Source: Eledone cirrhosa (lineage: Eukaryota). From it: a DNA stretch of 64,000 nucleotides. Position numbers and translations under genes: made by a program. The notes beneath the pieces were generated by a model, which was not told the DNA's origin, ran no database searches, and saw nothing but the letters and a program-made list of their open reading frames with translations. This document shows, one piece after another, positions 13,811-29,865 of this stretch. Every line of letters starts with the position of its first letter. The first letter of the stretch is position 1. Location: the NCBI GenBank assembly GCA_964016885.1, contig OZ024742.1, positions 81,220,001 through 81,284,000 on the forward strand, read 5' to 3'.

Positions 13811-14379
13811 AATGTGTAAATACGATTAGAAGCCAAGACCAATAGTTTAGGATTAACAGTAATTCATGAAACGCCAAGTCGCTCAGGCAGGGGGTTTGAT
13901 TGCTTTTGCCTCTATGCCAAAACACTAGAAAAGGAAACTTTGAAATGACATTGCCAACTTACCAATTATAGAGTGCCCATAAATAACTTGTAATCGTTGA
14001 AAGTTTCAGCAGAGATTGAGATATGTTATTTTGTATCTTTAATTCAAAACCCAATTAATAATTCTACACGAAGCCAGGCAAAGTGATATGCAGAAAGTCA
14101 AAACACATTTTAAAGGAAAAAATAAAAGGAAATGTTATGAAACTAACTTCTATGATGGGTTGAGAAAAAATTCATAAAAATGTCGAAATGTATATATTCG
14201 AACTTCCATAAGATGGTTTAGATTACATACACATATGAGAGAGAATAAAATTATGTGTTTGAGAATGAAGATTACGTAGGAATTAATAAAAGTAAACGTT
14301 TATATATGATACCATGTACCTTGGTGATTTTGAGTGTTGGCCTCATAGTAAGAGGATTATGGGCATATTTCATGGAGTA

Positions 14380-15800
14380 GGTTATGAGTTGTATTCGTAA
14401 GTAACATACTTTCGTTTTCACGTTGTTTCTTCTGGAAGGAGCTGCGACCAGAAAATAGTATCAGCAATTATTTTCTGAGTCACATCGGTTCCTTTTCTTT
14501 CTGTGTATATGCAGTTATTTCACACAGTAGACTGTGGTCATGCTGGATCAACACCGGAATTCTCGAGTCTTGGAACCTTTTATCTAGTTTCATTTTGGGA
14601 CATAAGCAAATGATAAGAGTGTTTCGTTTCGGTTCATACACCGATGGATTATGTGGATAATTGTATAAAGAGTAAACTCGTTAGTGGTGGTTTTAGAGTT
14701 TTCTTTCCTTCTTCTTACTTACATTGCTTAATTAAACTAGTTGTGTCAATATTTATTTCATACTTTGCTGTCGGAAACATTTCCCATTTAATGTTCCAGT
14801 TATTTGTGGGATTCTTTGCAAGATGTACATTTTGCAATGTGTTCCTTTCTACGACATAGTTTTTTTCCGTTTCACATAGTGCCATTCGTGGATTTTGTGT
14901 AATTTGTAGTCTTTCAATGAGAAAAAGGTATATTTCTGTTTAATTTGTAAGTCTACAGACATACAAATAATATTCTTTTTTTTTATATTACCTTGATGTT
15001 CTGAAGTGCTTTATATGTTTTGGACATTGCAGTTACATGTTCAAATAACCATTAATAAGTAATTCTTTTTAGCTAGAATAATTCTGTTTCACAGTTGTAT
15101 AAGTGTATGGAAAATTGCAGGTATTATCAGACGTCACTTCTCCGTTTATATGTGTATTTTACCTGAAATTCTAAGCATTGTTTACAATTATTGTCGTCTA
15201 GACTTCTAAGCACTTCAGCTCACTATGAATATTTTAGAATGCTGTTTAACGGATGTTTTTGTGTCATTTTCTGATTTTATTTGTGATTCAATACACCCAC
15301 GCATCGTCTATATCCGAGAAAACAATGATTTTTTAATTTATCTTCATTATAGCCATGATTATCTTTTTATCTTTCTATTTAGGACACTCATCAGAGCTTG
15401 ATATCCATTATGCTGTTATTCCTTTTTTGTCTTATTTTGTCCTTCTAGCTCTGCCCTTTGGTTTATCATACAGATATCATACCATCATAAGATAAATCTT
15501 TTTTTTGCAGGACCTTGCAATCTGAAATGGTACTCTCAATTAAATCGTGCAAAATCATGTTGCTGGTTTATGAGCGTGTGAACTTGTTTTGTATATCACC
15601 TTTCTAAATTTCCTTATTCCAGTCAATTCTATGTACCAACACAGAACACCTTGTCGTCCTCCTCTTGAAATCTGTTCTATATTTCCTCTGCCTGCCATCC
15701 ACTTAATGGATTGACACTCTGTTGACTACTGGCTGCTGGATTCTCTCCTTTGAAGAATATTTGAGCATCGCTGCATTTGTCAACATTTGGCTGTTTTAAC
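14380..15800 (-). pseudogene. Very decayed LINE RT remnant (L2/CR1-like)
   Basis: Minus-strand pieces resembling RGxRQG (~15660), LFSD (~15320), ILLY (~14960) in the expected order. Confidence 0.3.
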
Positions 15801-16011
15801 AGCTGTTGTAGCGATGAGTTTTCTCATAAGTATGCACATATATATATATACAGCCAGAGGTCCGTCGAGCTTTTGATTCCAGATTCAGGCCAAATCGATA
15901 CAGATCGAACTTTGAGCTGATCAATAGCGAAACGAGCATCACTAATCAATAAACGTAATGAAGGCTTAACAAATCGCCCTTGTAAATTTTTATACATACA
16001 TACACAATCAG

Positions 16012-16121
<110 letters not shown>

Positions 16122-16295
16122 TATTTCTGGATGAGAAGGAGCTCTGCCGTCGGGGTTCTGACTCTTTTCCTATACCCACTCTACTACCCAAAATATCGAG
16201 TCCTCTAGTCTGTTATGGTCCACCTGGTCCAATGTTGGGCGTTACTTGGCTTAGAGGAAATAATTGTTTCTACTATTGGCACAAGGCCATCAATT

Positions 16296-19073
16296 ACACC
16301 GATCTCAAGCTGTGGCACGTCGCCCAGGCCTTGCTCTTCCTCTCAACCACATCTTCTTCCGTATTCCAATTATAGCCGCTTCCCGCCTACATTAGTGATC
16401 CCTTCTGGCTTCTCAACTTTCTCTACCAGATATTTTGTTTTAGTCTCATTCATTCTCAGCCCCACACTCATCGACACAGTCTCAACCTCCCGCATCAAAT
16501 CCTCTGCCTCCTTCATTGTATTTGTCACCATAACTATGTCGTCAGCAAATTCAGCATCCGATACCTTTTTCGCCCTAACTCTCCTGCTCTGAGCCGGTGC
16601 TACAGTAAAGCCAGAGTCCTGGTGTTTCTCCAGTGCAAGGCGCATACAATAGTCCACTAAGATGATAAAAAGGTAGGGAGCCAGTGTATCTCCCTGGAGC
16701 ACTCCAGCCAGTATCTCAAAGAACTCTGTCATCCCATCAGGTGTAATGACTTGGGCTTTGGTGTTGGTGTAGAGCAGTGATATCAGGTCCACTATCTTCT
16801 TGGAGATTTCATAAGCCTGTAAGATCTTCATCAGGCAGTAACGGTCCACAGAATCAAAGGCCTTCCTAAAGTCAATAAAAACCATGACCGCAGGAAGGCA
16901 CTTTGCTCTAGCTCCCTCTAATATCGTCCTCAGCATCAGGATGTGACTGGTGGTTGATCTACCCTCTCTGAAGCCGTTCTGATTGTCCCTGAGCTTCTTC
17001 TCCATCTCAGGCTGGATCCTGTTAAGAATCATCCTGTTGAGGGTCTTTGCCACAAGTGACGTCAGTGAGATCCCCCGGTAGTTGTTGTGTTAGAGTGATA
17101 TCCCTTCTTTGGCACTGGGACGATGTTACTGATCCTTTACTGATTCGAGACAACTCCTTTCTCCAATGCACTGTTACAGAACCCCAGGATGATATCATCA
17201 AAATCACACCTCTTCATCACCTCTGATGCCACTCCATCTTCTCCATGAGCCTTGCTCTCCTTGATCCTCTTCTTGGCTCTCTGAAGCTCCTCTCTGGTGA
17301 AGGGCTCTGTCTCAACATCCAGTTCCTTAAACAGCCGCCTGATCTCCCCAGTGCTCTAGGCTGTGGAGTGTGGCTCTCCTAGTAGGATCCTAAAATGGTC
17401 TAGCCATTTCTACTTCCTATCCTCGGGCCCCGTTCCCTGGATCTGACTCGAACACCTTCTCTTCCCCCCTGTGATCTCGTTGATGATCATCCAGCTCTCC
17501 TTACATCCAGATCTGTCAACCGCTCTCTCCACGCTTCTGATCTTCTCTATCAGTGCCTCCTCTCTGACCTCAGTGTAAGCGGTACAGAGCTCTTCCCTCA
17601 TCACCTCCACAGTCTCCATCCTCTCCTCCGTAGGATCAGCATAGAATTGGTCCTTGGCAGTTTCAGGTGTTCTCTGGCTGCACACACTTTTGGGTTTGCA
17701 GAGCTGACGTGCTTCCCTTTGTTCTTTTTCCTCGGCACCAGGGTTTCACTTGCTTCCGCCACTGCATTGGTGAAGTGCCCGCACCTCCTCGTCACACTCT
17801 CCTCAGTCCATCCAATCTCTCTCTCCTCTGACTCTCCACACAGAGCACTAAACCTGTTTCTCACTTCCACTGTGAACCTCTCCTGTAGCTTATCATCTTC
17901 CTTGAAAGCTCCCCAGTCATAGATTGTTCTCCGGGGCCGAACCTTGCTCTTTCTTAAGCTCACCCGGACCTCACTCATAACAAGCCGGTGGTCACTACCC
18001 AGTGTACTGAAATAGCTGTGTGGTACCGTGTTCAGAACACTATTCCGCCACTTTTTCCTCACCAGAATGAAATCAATCCGGGACTTGGACAGGTGCATAT
18101 CTGAGATGTAGGTCCACATCTTCCCCAGATTCTACCTAAACCTTAGGTTGGTCGCCATCAAGTTGGCCTCCAGCAGGGTGTCTCTCAGTAATCTTCTATT
18201 TCGGTTGGTGTTGTTATGGAAGTACCAGCAAGGATCTTCACTGCCCTCCTTACTCAGATGTGCATTGAAGTCCCCCAAAACAAGCAGGATATTGTGTGCC
18301 TGAGTGGTGTTGAGAGCTCTACACACCTCCTCATGGAACTCTTCCGCACTCACATCACTGTCACCCTCGGTTGGACTATAGGCTGAGATGACAGTCAGTC
18401 TTGGGTTTCCATTGAAGGTCACCCTCAACGCTCGCGGGGACATAGGCATTATTTCCCTCACCAACAGATTGGTTTTTGCACTGAACACAAAACCCTTTCC
18501 TCCTACTGCAGCATTTGTTGTGTTCTTCACTGCCGATGTAGTGATAAGCTAGCTCCTCTTCCCGATCATCACACTCCTCACGGGCTCATCGTGTAGGATC
18601 CTGTGTTCTTGGATCGCAATTATCTGTATACCACTCTCCTCGAACAGATGTCCCAACTCCTCTCTCTTCTCCAGCGTCCGAATAGTCCTCACATTCAAAG
18701 TGCCCATTTTGATGGCTCTTCTGCAGGACAAAACTGCATTCTTTATATTTGTCCACTGGCCCTCTCTGTGGCTCTAAGCCAGCAGAGTCATAACGACCAG
18801 GCTGCTCCCTGACAGTGTAATTAGGGGCTCTAACCCTAGTGCTGTTCGATCGACTCTCCATATTTCTTTTCAATGGCTGACAATACCTTACCGGCGCCAC
18901 TCGAAAAAGGTAGTTATTTAACCTATAAATGGAGCCCTAACAGGTACTACCAACCCGGGCCAGGGCAGACCTGGGAGTCATGACAACTAAGGGGTAACTC
19001 CACATTCCCCACATCTCCTGAACTCCCGATCTGGAGCCTTGCCACTGGATGTAGTTTAATGTCATACCCAGGA
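16296..19073 (-). mobile_element. RTE-clade LINE: 5' UTR, APE endonuclease and RT, frameshifted and 3'-truncated
   Basis: GTLNVRT..IAIQEHR, SAYSPT..LGDFNAH, IDFILV..SDH (APE); QNGFREGRST, FIDFRKAFDSV, GVLQGDTLAPYLF, FADD (RT). Confidence 0.92.
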
Positions 19074-19124
19074 TATATATATATGCATATATATATATAC
19101 ATGTATATATATATAATTATATTT

Positions 19125-19174
<50 letters not shown>

Positions 19175-19194
19175 GCATATATGTGTGTGTGTGT

Positions 19195-19281
<87 letters not shown>

Positions 19282-19393
19282 CATATATATATATCCTGTA
19301 GAAGCTCCTTCCATAAAATAAAACAATTTTACTCTGCCATGTATTGAGTACATTACTTACTGTGGTTATCCCCGACTCAACCCGGGACCTACG

Positions 19394-19519
<126 letters not shown>

Positions 19520-19789
19520 TAGATGTGTGTGTGCGTGTATGTGCGCGCGCGCGTGCATGTGTGTTTCGTGTATGTATCTATAGCGAATAATGCGTGCTTG
19601 CATGCGCGCCTCTATGTACCCCTTATTTAGTAGCTCACATTGACCCCAATACATGAAATATATATTGATGAACGTTTACAATACAGGGCAAATATTCAAC
19701 AAATACTCAAAAACAGACACGGGCGAAAACAAAACCCGGATATGCACACACACACACACATAGGAGTTTGTGTGATGCTGTTGAGCATG

Positions 19790-19950
19790 GTTAACAAAGA
19801 TCTGTCAGTCGTGATAGTGCAAAGAACTTTGAAGCATTTGTCTGGTCCATTTTTGTGATCTATGATCTAACGCATAGATCCGATTAAACCTTCCATCCAG
19901 TTGAGCTGAAAATCCTCTCATTTGCACTAAATGTGGCTTGATGTGTAAAT
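19790..19950 (-). pseudogene. hAT transposase C-terminal dimerization-domain remnant
   Basis: Minus strand reads QATFSANERIFSSTGWKV*..RS*..MDQTNASK, matching the PATSxxxERxFSxxG motif. Confidence 0.5.
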
Positions 19951-20729
19951 GAACAGTTTGACAAATATGCCATTTAAATCATAATCATGAAAAACAGAAT
20001 TGATAATTGTGTTGAACCCATATACCTTGATATAATATAGGAGAGTCATCATATATAAGAAGAAACTGCAATGAACAATCAACATAATATCAATATAGCT
20101 TTTATTCACAAATGGCGCACATAGGTCAACTTAATATGCAATCGGTAAGGGTCGATAGCTCATCAGATTTAAGGATTCTCGAATTTATGCAAATTTCTGT
20201 ATTACATTTTTTAGATTTATTCATTCAGTACATCTCTAAGAAGGAATATATAAATATCACTTTGCCTAGAATTATAATGCATGTTCTGTTTTACATTCAA
20301 AATATATGTTAAAATATGTGCGAGGCTGTGAGAGTTTCTATATCTGTATGGGTGTATTTGTATTTCTATGAAATGTTAATTAATGCGTGTGACATAAATA
20401 TTATTCAAGGTTAAATACCAGAAGAAAAAAAAGTTAGACAAAACACACAAAATTTGCCTTACCTGAAAACAGACTAAAATCCAAAAAGGCAGCTTAGAAA
20501 AAAAATGGGAACGTAATTTCTATTACTAAAGTTCATACAGAAATTTATTATATATTCGACTGGTGATTTTCGTTCTGGAAAAGTTTTACTACAATGTATT
20601 TTTCTAAAATTATCGTTTTGTTTATGAAAATAGAATTCCTAACATTTAGTGGAAGCATAAATGACCACACAGTAAATTTACGTACACTAATTGATTTTAA
20701 CTGAATGAACATATTTACATAATTTATAG

Positions 20730-20806
<77 letters not shown>

Positions 20807-20808
20807 CG

Positions 20809-20859
<51 letters not shown>

Positions 20860-21072
20860 GTATGTATGTGTGTGTGTCTGAGTGTGTTAGAGAGAGTATG
20901 CTTTTTACAATATAGTTATGTCTATGTTTAACTTTAATTCAAAGCATATACGCATACACACTATTATAAACTGTCTATATACGTAGACGCATGTGTGTGC
21001 ATATATGGATAATAATCACACACACACACGTACACCCATGCAAACTCATATATTTATATATATATACATTTA

Positions 21073-21121
<49 letters not shown>

Positions 21122-21512
21122 TATATGTATGTATGTACATGTATAGTCACTACATTTAAAAATATATGTCCACTTATGTTCTCCTGCAGCTTGTTTACAG
21201 TATATTTTAGGAAACTGCATCAACAACATTTAGAATACATAACTATATTAACAAATTTATTTAAAGAAATACAAATAAATTAGTAAGGAACATTTGACTT
21301 CTTATTTTTTGTCCTAATAAGTACACTTTTAGCAATTATATTGCATCAATTTATTCGTCTTATTATATGGAACTTTTCATTATTGCTCTTAACCCTCTCC
21401 TGAATTCCTCTATGGAAAATATTAGGCATATGATCATATACCTACACTACACACGCACACACACACGCACACACACACACGCACACACAAGCACACACAA
21501 ACACACACACAC

Positions 21513-21615
<103 letters not shown>

Positions 21616-21789
21616 CATGTATGTAAGTTCTAGTAAGCAGGAGCTGGCTGGGGTTGGCGGCAATGCTTAAATAGAGCTGAATGACTTCGCCACAGTGACC
21701 ACTTAACTATAATTAAAGGAACAGATGAGGGAGTTAAGGAATAATAATAACGGTTTATATAGATATCCAATCATTTTGATCACGTTGCT

Positions 21790-22110
21790 TACAATGTGCT
21801 CTACAAATCCATTTGGAACATACGCATTTGATCATATGTAAAGCAAGTTTCCCAGCAAAAGTCCTACCCGATAATTTGGGTGGGATTATTGACAACGTTC
21901 AAGTCCACATAATTTCCCCATTTGAAACGGCCAGGATCTTCCTTCTTTAGTACACACAGTTGTCGGAACATTAAAATACGCGTATTGACCTGCACAGTCA
22001 CTGTTTCGGATTTTGGAAGGGAATCACTATTAATCGAATAAAACTCGTGCTTACGGTGAGAATGTCCCTCGACCAATTCTTCACGGTAAAGCACAAAGAC
22101 TACATTGTTA
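21790..22110 (-). pseudogene. Possible piggyBac-like transposase C-terminal remnant
   Basis: FVLYREELVEGH...RQLCVL followed (frameshift) by KCVCSKWICRAHCKQ, resembling the Cys-rich domain. Confidence 0.3.
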
Positions 22111-22154
22111 GAGGTAGCGTACGTGCTCTACGACACGAATAATCAAATGCTGTT

Positions 22155-22515
22155 CGCTAGGCCCGAGAGCATGAGGCGCATCATGGCAACAAAACCCCGT
22201 TCCGGACTTTGGTGGACTACGACGGGCAGCATGTTACCCGATCTCAAGCAAACGTGTGCGGCCCTTCTGCGGCTCTTCGCTCAGCTGTTAGGAGGCAATG
22301 GCGGGAGTGAAATTAGTGCCTATCTAAAGGCGGAGTGTTGCGAAAAGGAAATAACAGCCGCTGAAGTACGGGAGGCAATGACAAGCTGCAAAATGGATAA
22401 ATCACCTAGTTTAGATGGTCTGACTTACGAGCTTTACGTACAAATGACAGACTTGTTCGGCGATCTCTTCGGGGACGTCAAGTTTAACTGGCAGTAGATC
22501 GGGAGAATACATTTG
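22155..22515 (+). mobile_element. Internal fragment of the L1/Tx1-like family seen at 55625-60960
   Basis: ECCEKEITAAEVREAM..KSPSLDGLTYELY; shares PRSGLWWTTTG (alternative frame) with 57958-58245. Confidence 0.8.
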
Positions 22516-22765
22516 TTTAAAGCTGTGGCTACCTGTGGACAACTCTTGGATCGTTACACACACACGCACATATACATATTTAATATATAAATACCCGAGT
22601 TGTTTCTGGTATTAACAATAGTTAAAATGTCAGTCAATGCACTGGTAGAGTATAGGCATCTTTATTATATAGAACTTACTTTAAGTGAATGGAAAAGTTG
22701 TAGTCCTGCAGAAGTCATATATATGCACACACGCACACACACACACACACACGTATATATATATA

Positions 22766-24597
<1,832 letters not shown>

Positions 24598-25923
24598 TAC
24601 GATTCAGCGAGTGGAAGATGTATTTTTAAAACTAAAAATAGTTTTTCGGTTGCAGATACACAGCTGCAGTAACATTTATATATTGTTTTTGGATTATTTT
24701 GGTTTATTAAATTCCATTTCTCGAAATCGAATTTGCATTATTTTTAGTAACTTTAATTAGCATGCATTATACTTGACTTTAATATTTACATTCGAAAAAT
24801 GAGTTTATTAGTTTTATTTATTCATTTGGTATTTGTTTTTTTTTTTAACGTAGCTTATTTGTAAACGTGGCTGTTAATTGTTTCATTTTAATAGCTTATT
24901 GGGCGAACAAGTAGCCATAAATAAGAAATAAAATTATTGAAAAGCACCATCACTATCTGTAACTAACAAGGATATTTTAACAATATGGAATGAACTCAAT
25001 ATACACATTATTTCGTCATGTGTTTTCTTTTTCTTATTCGCTTACCCCGTTGCAAACACCGATAGAATAAATGTGTTAACCACAAGAGGCCGATGTTGAA
25101 AAGTAAACCTCATTTTTTACATTCCATGAAAAGATCTTGGTTACACAATAAATATTTCAGCCAACCCTCGTACATTTGATTAAATATAATAAAGTGTTAA
25201 TTTGTGTAACTGTACACTGAAACATGCAATTTAATATATCTCACCTTGGTGGGATTAACACAAGTTCTAGTAAATGTTATTTTTACTGTAGTAACAAAAT
25301 CATTTTTAAAAGAGCCAAAAATATTTCTTATTTTATTTAAAGATGTAACTTTATAAAATGTCTCCATGAATCTATAAAATATTTATGTTATATAATAATT
25401 AATCATAACAATCGTCTGTAAAAGACATTCTTTTTGCATCCATGTAATTCCATATTCGATGTTAATGCAAGAAAACTCAAGTGTGTGTTTTGTTCTCTTA
25501 TATTTTGCGTACCAGTAACTCAAAGGGACACGTACTATATGTTTTAGAGATATATAATCTTACTTGAAATGTGTGGTGCCTCTAGTCTCTTTCCCTCATA
25601 ACATCTGATGTCTAAGGACTTTTTATAATTTGATTTTTATGACCTCCTTTCTTTCTTTTCTCATCTCATGCAGCGTCAATTAGGACATATTATTTGGCGC
25701 CATCTACACACGGTGGTGATTTCGTGACGACGATCGGTATATCACAGGCTCCTGCGACAAAGAACATCAAACTCATATAAAGCTTTTTCGTAAATAATAT
25801 TAATACAAGCTGTGCCTTCTGTAACTGCTCAACCACAGTCTCGGCTTCATGCTACGAGTCAGGATTTGCAATGATTGTGTATATTCTCATTCTATATACA
25901 CACAAATGAGTATTTATGCATAT

Positions 25924-26003
<80 letters not shown>

Positions 26004-26011
<8 letters not shown>

Positions 26012-26434
26012 TAAACGGAATAGAAAATGCTGACAAATTGTTCACAGTTGAAAAATGGTTTAATTAGGAATAAAAGAGTATTAGTGATTGTATGGGTTAG
26101 TATTCAGTTGTGGTTTTAAGTTTTTAAGTTTTTACCGGTTGCGCATTTCTAAATGCTTTTCAAAAATAATTTTGAGATAGAGTGTCCGTGCTGTTTGCTC
26201 TGATCAGAGCAAACAGCACGGACACTCTATCTCAAAATTATTTTTGAAAAGCATTTAGAAATGCGCAACCGGTAAAAACTTAAAAACTTAAAACCACAAC
26301 TGAATACTAACCCATACAATCACTAATACTCTTTTATTCCTAATTAAACCATTTTTCAACTGTGAACGATTTGTCAGCATTTTCTATTCCGTTTACCAAT
26401 ATATAATAACTTGTGTGTTACACCTCTATTCTTT

Positions 26435-26438
<4 letters not shown>
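26004..26438 (+). mobile_element. Spacerless ~200 bp-arm palindrome (centre 26203/26204) with short 3' tail and HHR-like motif at 26241-26277
   Basis: gctctga|tcagagc; one mismatch seen between arms; ttt-TTGAAAA-gcatt..aatgc-GCAA-ccgg-TA-aaa. Confidence 0.8.
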
Positions 26439-26524
<86 letters not shown>

Positions 26525-27144
26525 CTTATATATATATGTGTGTGTGTGTGTGTCTGTCTGTCTGTGTGTGTGTGTGTGGAATCAGAAGCGGTTGCCGTTC
26601 TCAAAAGTCATCGCTAAAAATGTAATCGTTTTAACGTATCACAGTTTGTTTTAAAGCCAACAATAACACTGTGGTAACATTTACCATTCAATGAATATTT
26701 GTTGGTAGAACGTCGCGGAATAACGAATAACAACAGAAAATTAGAAATGCAATATTCTCAGTTCAAATATTGAGATTCGACCTGTATATAATAAATCATG
26801 GTCAGCAATCGTAAGTTGCCATGTGCAACACGATATCCGTATGCATAAGAAAGTAATGCTGGAAATTTACGAGAGGAAACATTATAGTAGCCTTAAATTT
26901 AAGAAACATGTTATCACAGAAAAGATTCCTGTTTTTCCAAGTTGTATTAAAGAGCTATGAATTAGATTTTCATACAAGCTTCCTGCATCAGTTGTTAGCT
27001 GTCAAGACACTGCATCTTTAAAACCTCACTGCTTTCTGAAATTCGCCGACGCTAAACCTGATGTCCCCCTCCACACACACGCACACATGTGTATCATGAG
27101 ATGACTCTTACACTGTTCACTTTCCTAACATTTCTAGATTATAT

Positions 27145-27593
27145 TGGCAGTATCGGTAGAGGGTCGGACGCTATGCTTTCCAGCATAGTTACGTCCCTTT
27201 ACGATCTGAGTTCAAATCCCGCCGAGGTTGACTTTGCCTTTCATCCTTACGGGGTCGATAAAATAAAGTACCAGTAATGCAATGGTAATTGCTGGCCTTG
27301 TGCCTAAAGTAGAAACAATTATTCTATGTACTATGCATGTAACCATGTTGAATTGTACTGCACGTGAGTACTGTACACAATCATTTTATTATTATTATTA
27401 TTATTGTTGTGTCGGTAGAGGGTGGGACAACATGCTTTGCAGCACAGAGTTACGCCCCTTTCTGATCTGAGTTCAAATCCTGCCGAGGATAACTTTGCCT
27501 TTGATCCTTACGGGATCGATATAATAAAGTACCAGTAATGCACTGAGACAATTGTTGGCTTGTGCCAAAAGTAGAAACAATTATTATTATTAT
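27145..27593 (+). mobile_element. Two SINE copies (27145-27323, 27411-27593)
   Basis: gagttcaaatcc B box, Meta-type core, ggccttgtgcc..agaaacaattatt tail. Confidence 0.8.
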
Positions 27594-27744
27594 TAAAGGT
27601 GAAAGAGCTGGAGGAGAAATAAATGAGATCATTGATTAAAAATAACCGTTAAATAGTTTCTAAATATGATCTAGTAGCAATCGAGTTCTTATTTGTATAC
27701 GAGAAATAAAACAGCTGCGCACATTTCCTTAATATATCAAAAGA

Positions 27745-27817
<73 letters not shown>

Positions 27818-27877
27818 CGTCTCTCTCTCTTTCTCTTCATCTCTCTCTATATATATCTCTCTCTCTCTATCTCTCTC

Positions 27878-27950
<73 letters not shown>

Positions 27951-28084
27951 TATATATATATATATTTATTGAAATAACAGATTAACCTTTAGTCTTCAAA
28001 TTTATTATTATTACTATCTTATATATACATATGTAAAGTTTTGCGAGGTTTTTTATATAAAATCGTGTGTCGAAACATATGTTG

Positions 28085-29865
28085 TTATACTTGGAGAGGG
28101 TCATATTGTTGTAATAATATTGCCAGAATTAATAACAGAACACACTCACTGTTCGGCTGGTTTTCGCTTCTGTATCTTTCATATCAGTTAATTTATGCGG
28201 TCCTCACTGTTTACCATTGTCTGACTAACGGTCAAAAATAGAGATATAATATAGATACAAATACATATATATAGTCTAACAAAGTTCTTTCGTTGCACAT
28301 CTGTAACATCGTCAGTGGTGCTATTATGTTTCCTCTTGTATTTTATGTCTACACCATCTTTATTTAATCTGTTTATTTATTTATTTATTTATATTTCTCT
28401 TAGGTTAGTATTGTTTGGGTGTTGCTGTTATTCCATTCATCTTTTCTGTTTAGCTTTGGCCTTCTATTTAGCTTTCTGTTTAGCTTTGGCCTTCTATTTC
28501 ACTCAAAAACTCAGCAATGTTCAGTAGTACTAAGTTTAATATTCTGATCGCAGACTTGGTACGATGAAGAACGTGTCCCGCATGTGCGACCCAACAGAAA
28601 TGGAAAGACACATCCAACACTTCATCAACCGCATGCAGTTATCTGGCTACAACCAAAGTGACAGAATCAGAGTATACGAGGGAGCCACGGAGAAGTATAG
28701 GATCCTCATAGAACTGGACATGAAAGGAATTTGCCCATTATACAGGAGCAAATCATGGAATAGCTTAGATAGGACTAGAGATACGATAGGGAAAGCCACC
28801 TCATGGTACGACAACCAGAGATACCAGAGTGTCATGTTTGTGGACGCTACCCCTGGAGGGAAATTAGCTAACCAGTGTAGAAGGGCCCTGAGAAAGACCC
28901 AGTTAAAGATTAAGGTGGCAGAAGAGCTAGGAACCACCATAAAATCTCTGATCAGCAAAACCTACCCTTTTAAGAAAACCCACTGTACTAATAGGAAATG
29001 TATTATATGTAAAGTAAACCCCCGGATAAACTGTAAGACTAACAACGTAGTTTATAACATAAGGTGTACAGAGGGTACTTGCAGAAACATGACAATAACA
29101 TACATAAGCGAGAAACCTCGCAGCATAGGTGAAAGGATAGACCAACACTGGGGGAATCTAGAACGACGAAAAAACGGTTCACTACCATACGAACATGCCA
29201 GGCAATAACATGACGGTAACATAGACAACATAGAAATTAAAATAATATCTAAACATAGAAATGACCCAGCAAATAGGCAAATCAGAGAGGCCAGTTAAAT
29301 AGAACTTAGAAGGCAAAGGCTAAACAGAAACAATGAATGGAATAACAACAACACCCAAACAAAGAATACTGACCTAAGAGATATTATAAATAAATAAATA
29401 AATAAATAAATACATACACAAGCACAATAACAACAAACACATATAATCACACACTAGTAAACTAAGATAGAATACAATAACCAAAACACAGTCACCCAAA
29501 CACGAACACACATCAAACATTATACACACACGCACACGCATGCGCAGTGAAGAAGACAAAATAAATAAATAAATAAATAAACAGATTAAATAAAGATGGC
29601 GTAGACATACAATACAATAGGAGGAAACATAATAGCACCACTGACTATGTTGCAGTTGTGCAACGAAAGAACTTTGTTAGACTATATATATCTGTTTGTA
29701 TCTATATTATATCTGTATTTTTGACCGTTGGTCAGTCAATGGTAAATATTGAGGACCGAAGAAATTCACTGATATAAAAGATACAGAAGGAAAAACCAAC
29801 CAAACAGTGAGTGTGTTCCGTTATTAATCCTGGCAATATTATTACAACAATATGACCCTCCCCTA
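28085..29865 (+). mobile_element. 5'-truncated Naiad-like PLE: RT thumb and GIY-YIG (28564-~29345), 3' pLTR, and inverted 5' copy (28085-~28500)
   Basis: MFVDATPGGKLA..CIICK..CKTNNVVYNIRC..YISE..EHA..RQIREA..LNRNNEW; 28095-28500 mirrors 29305-29862; HHR-like CTGACGA-t-gtt(a/g)ca..tgcaac-GAAA. Confidence 0.8.

Noticed and set aside
29200-29865. Selenocysteine recoding / SECIS in the Naiad-like element
   Set aside because: The stop is TAA at a non-Cys position and the candidate ATGA..AA..TGA segments lack a paired stem.
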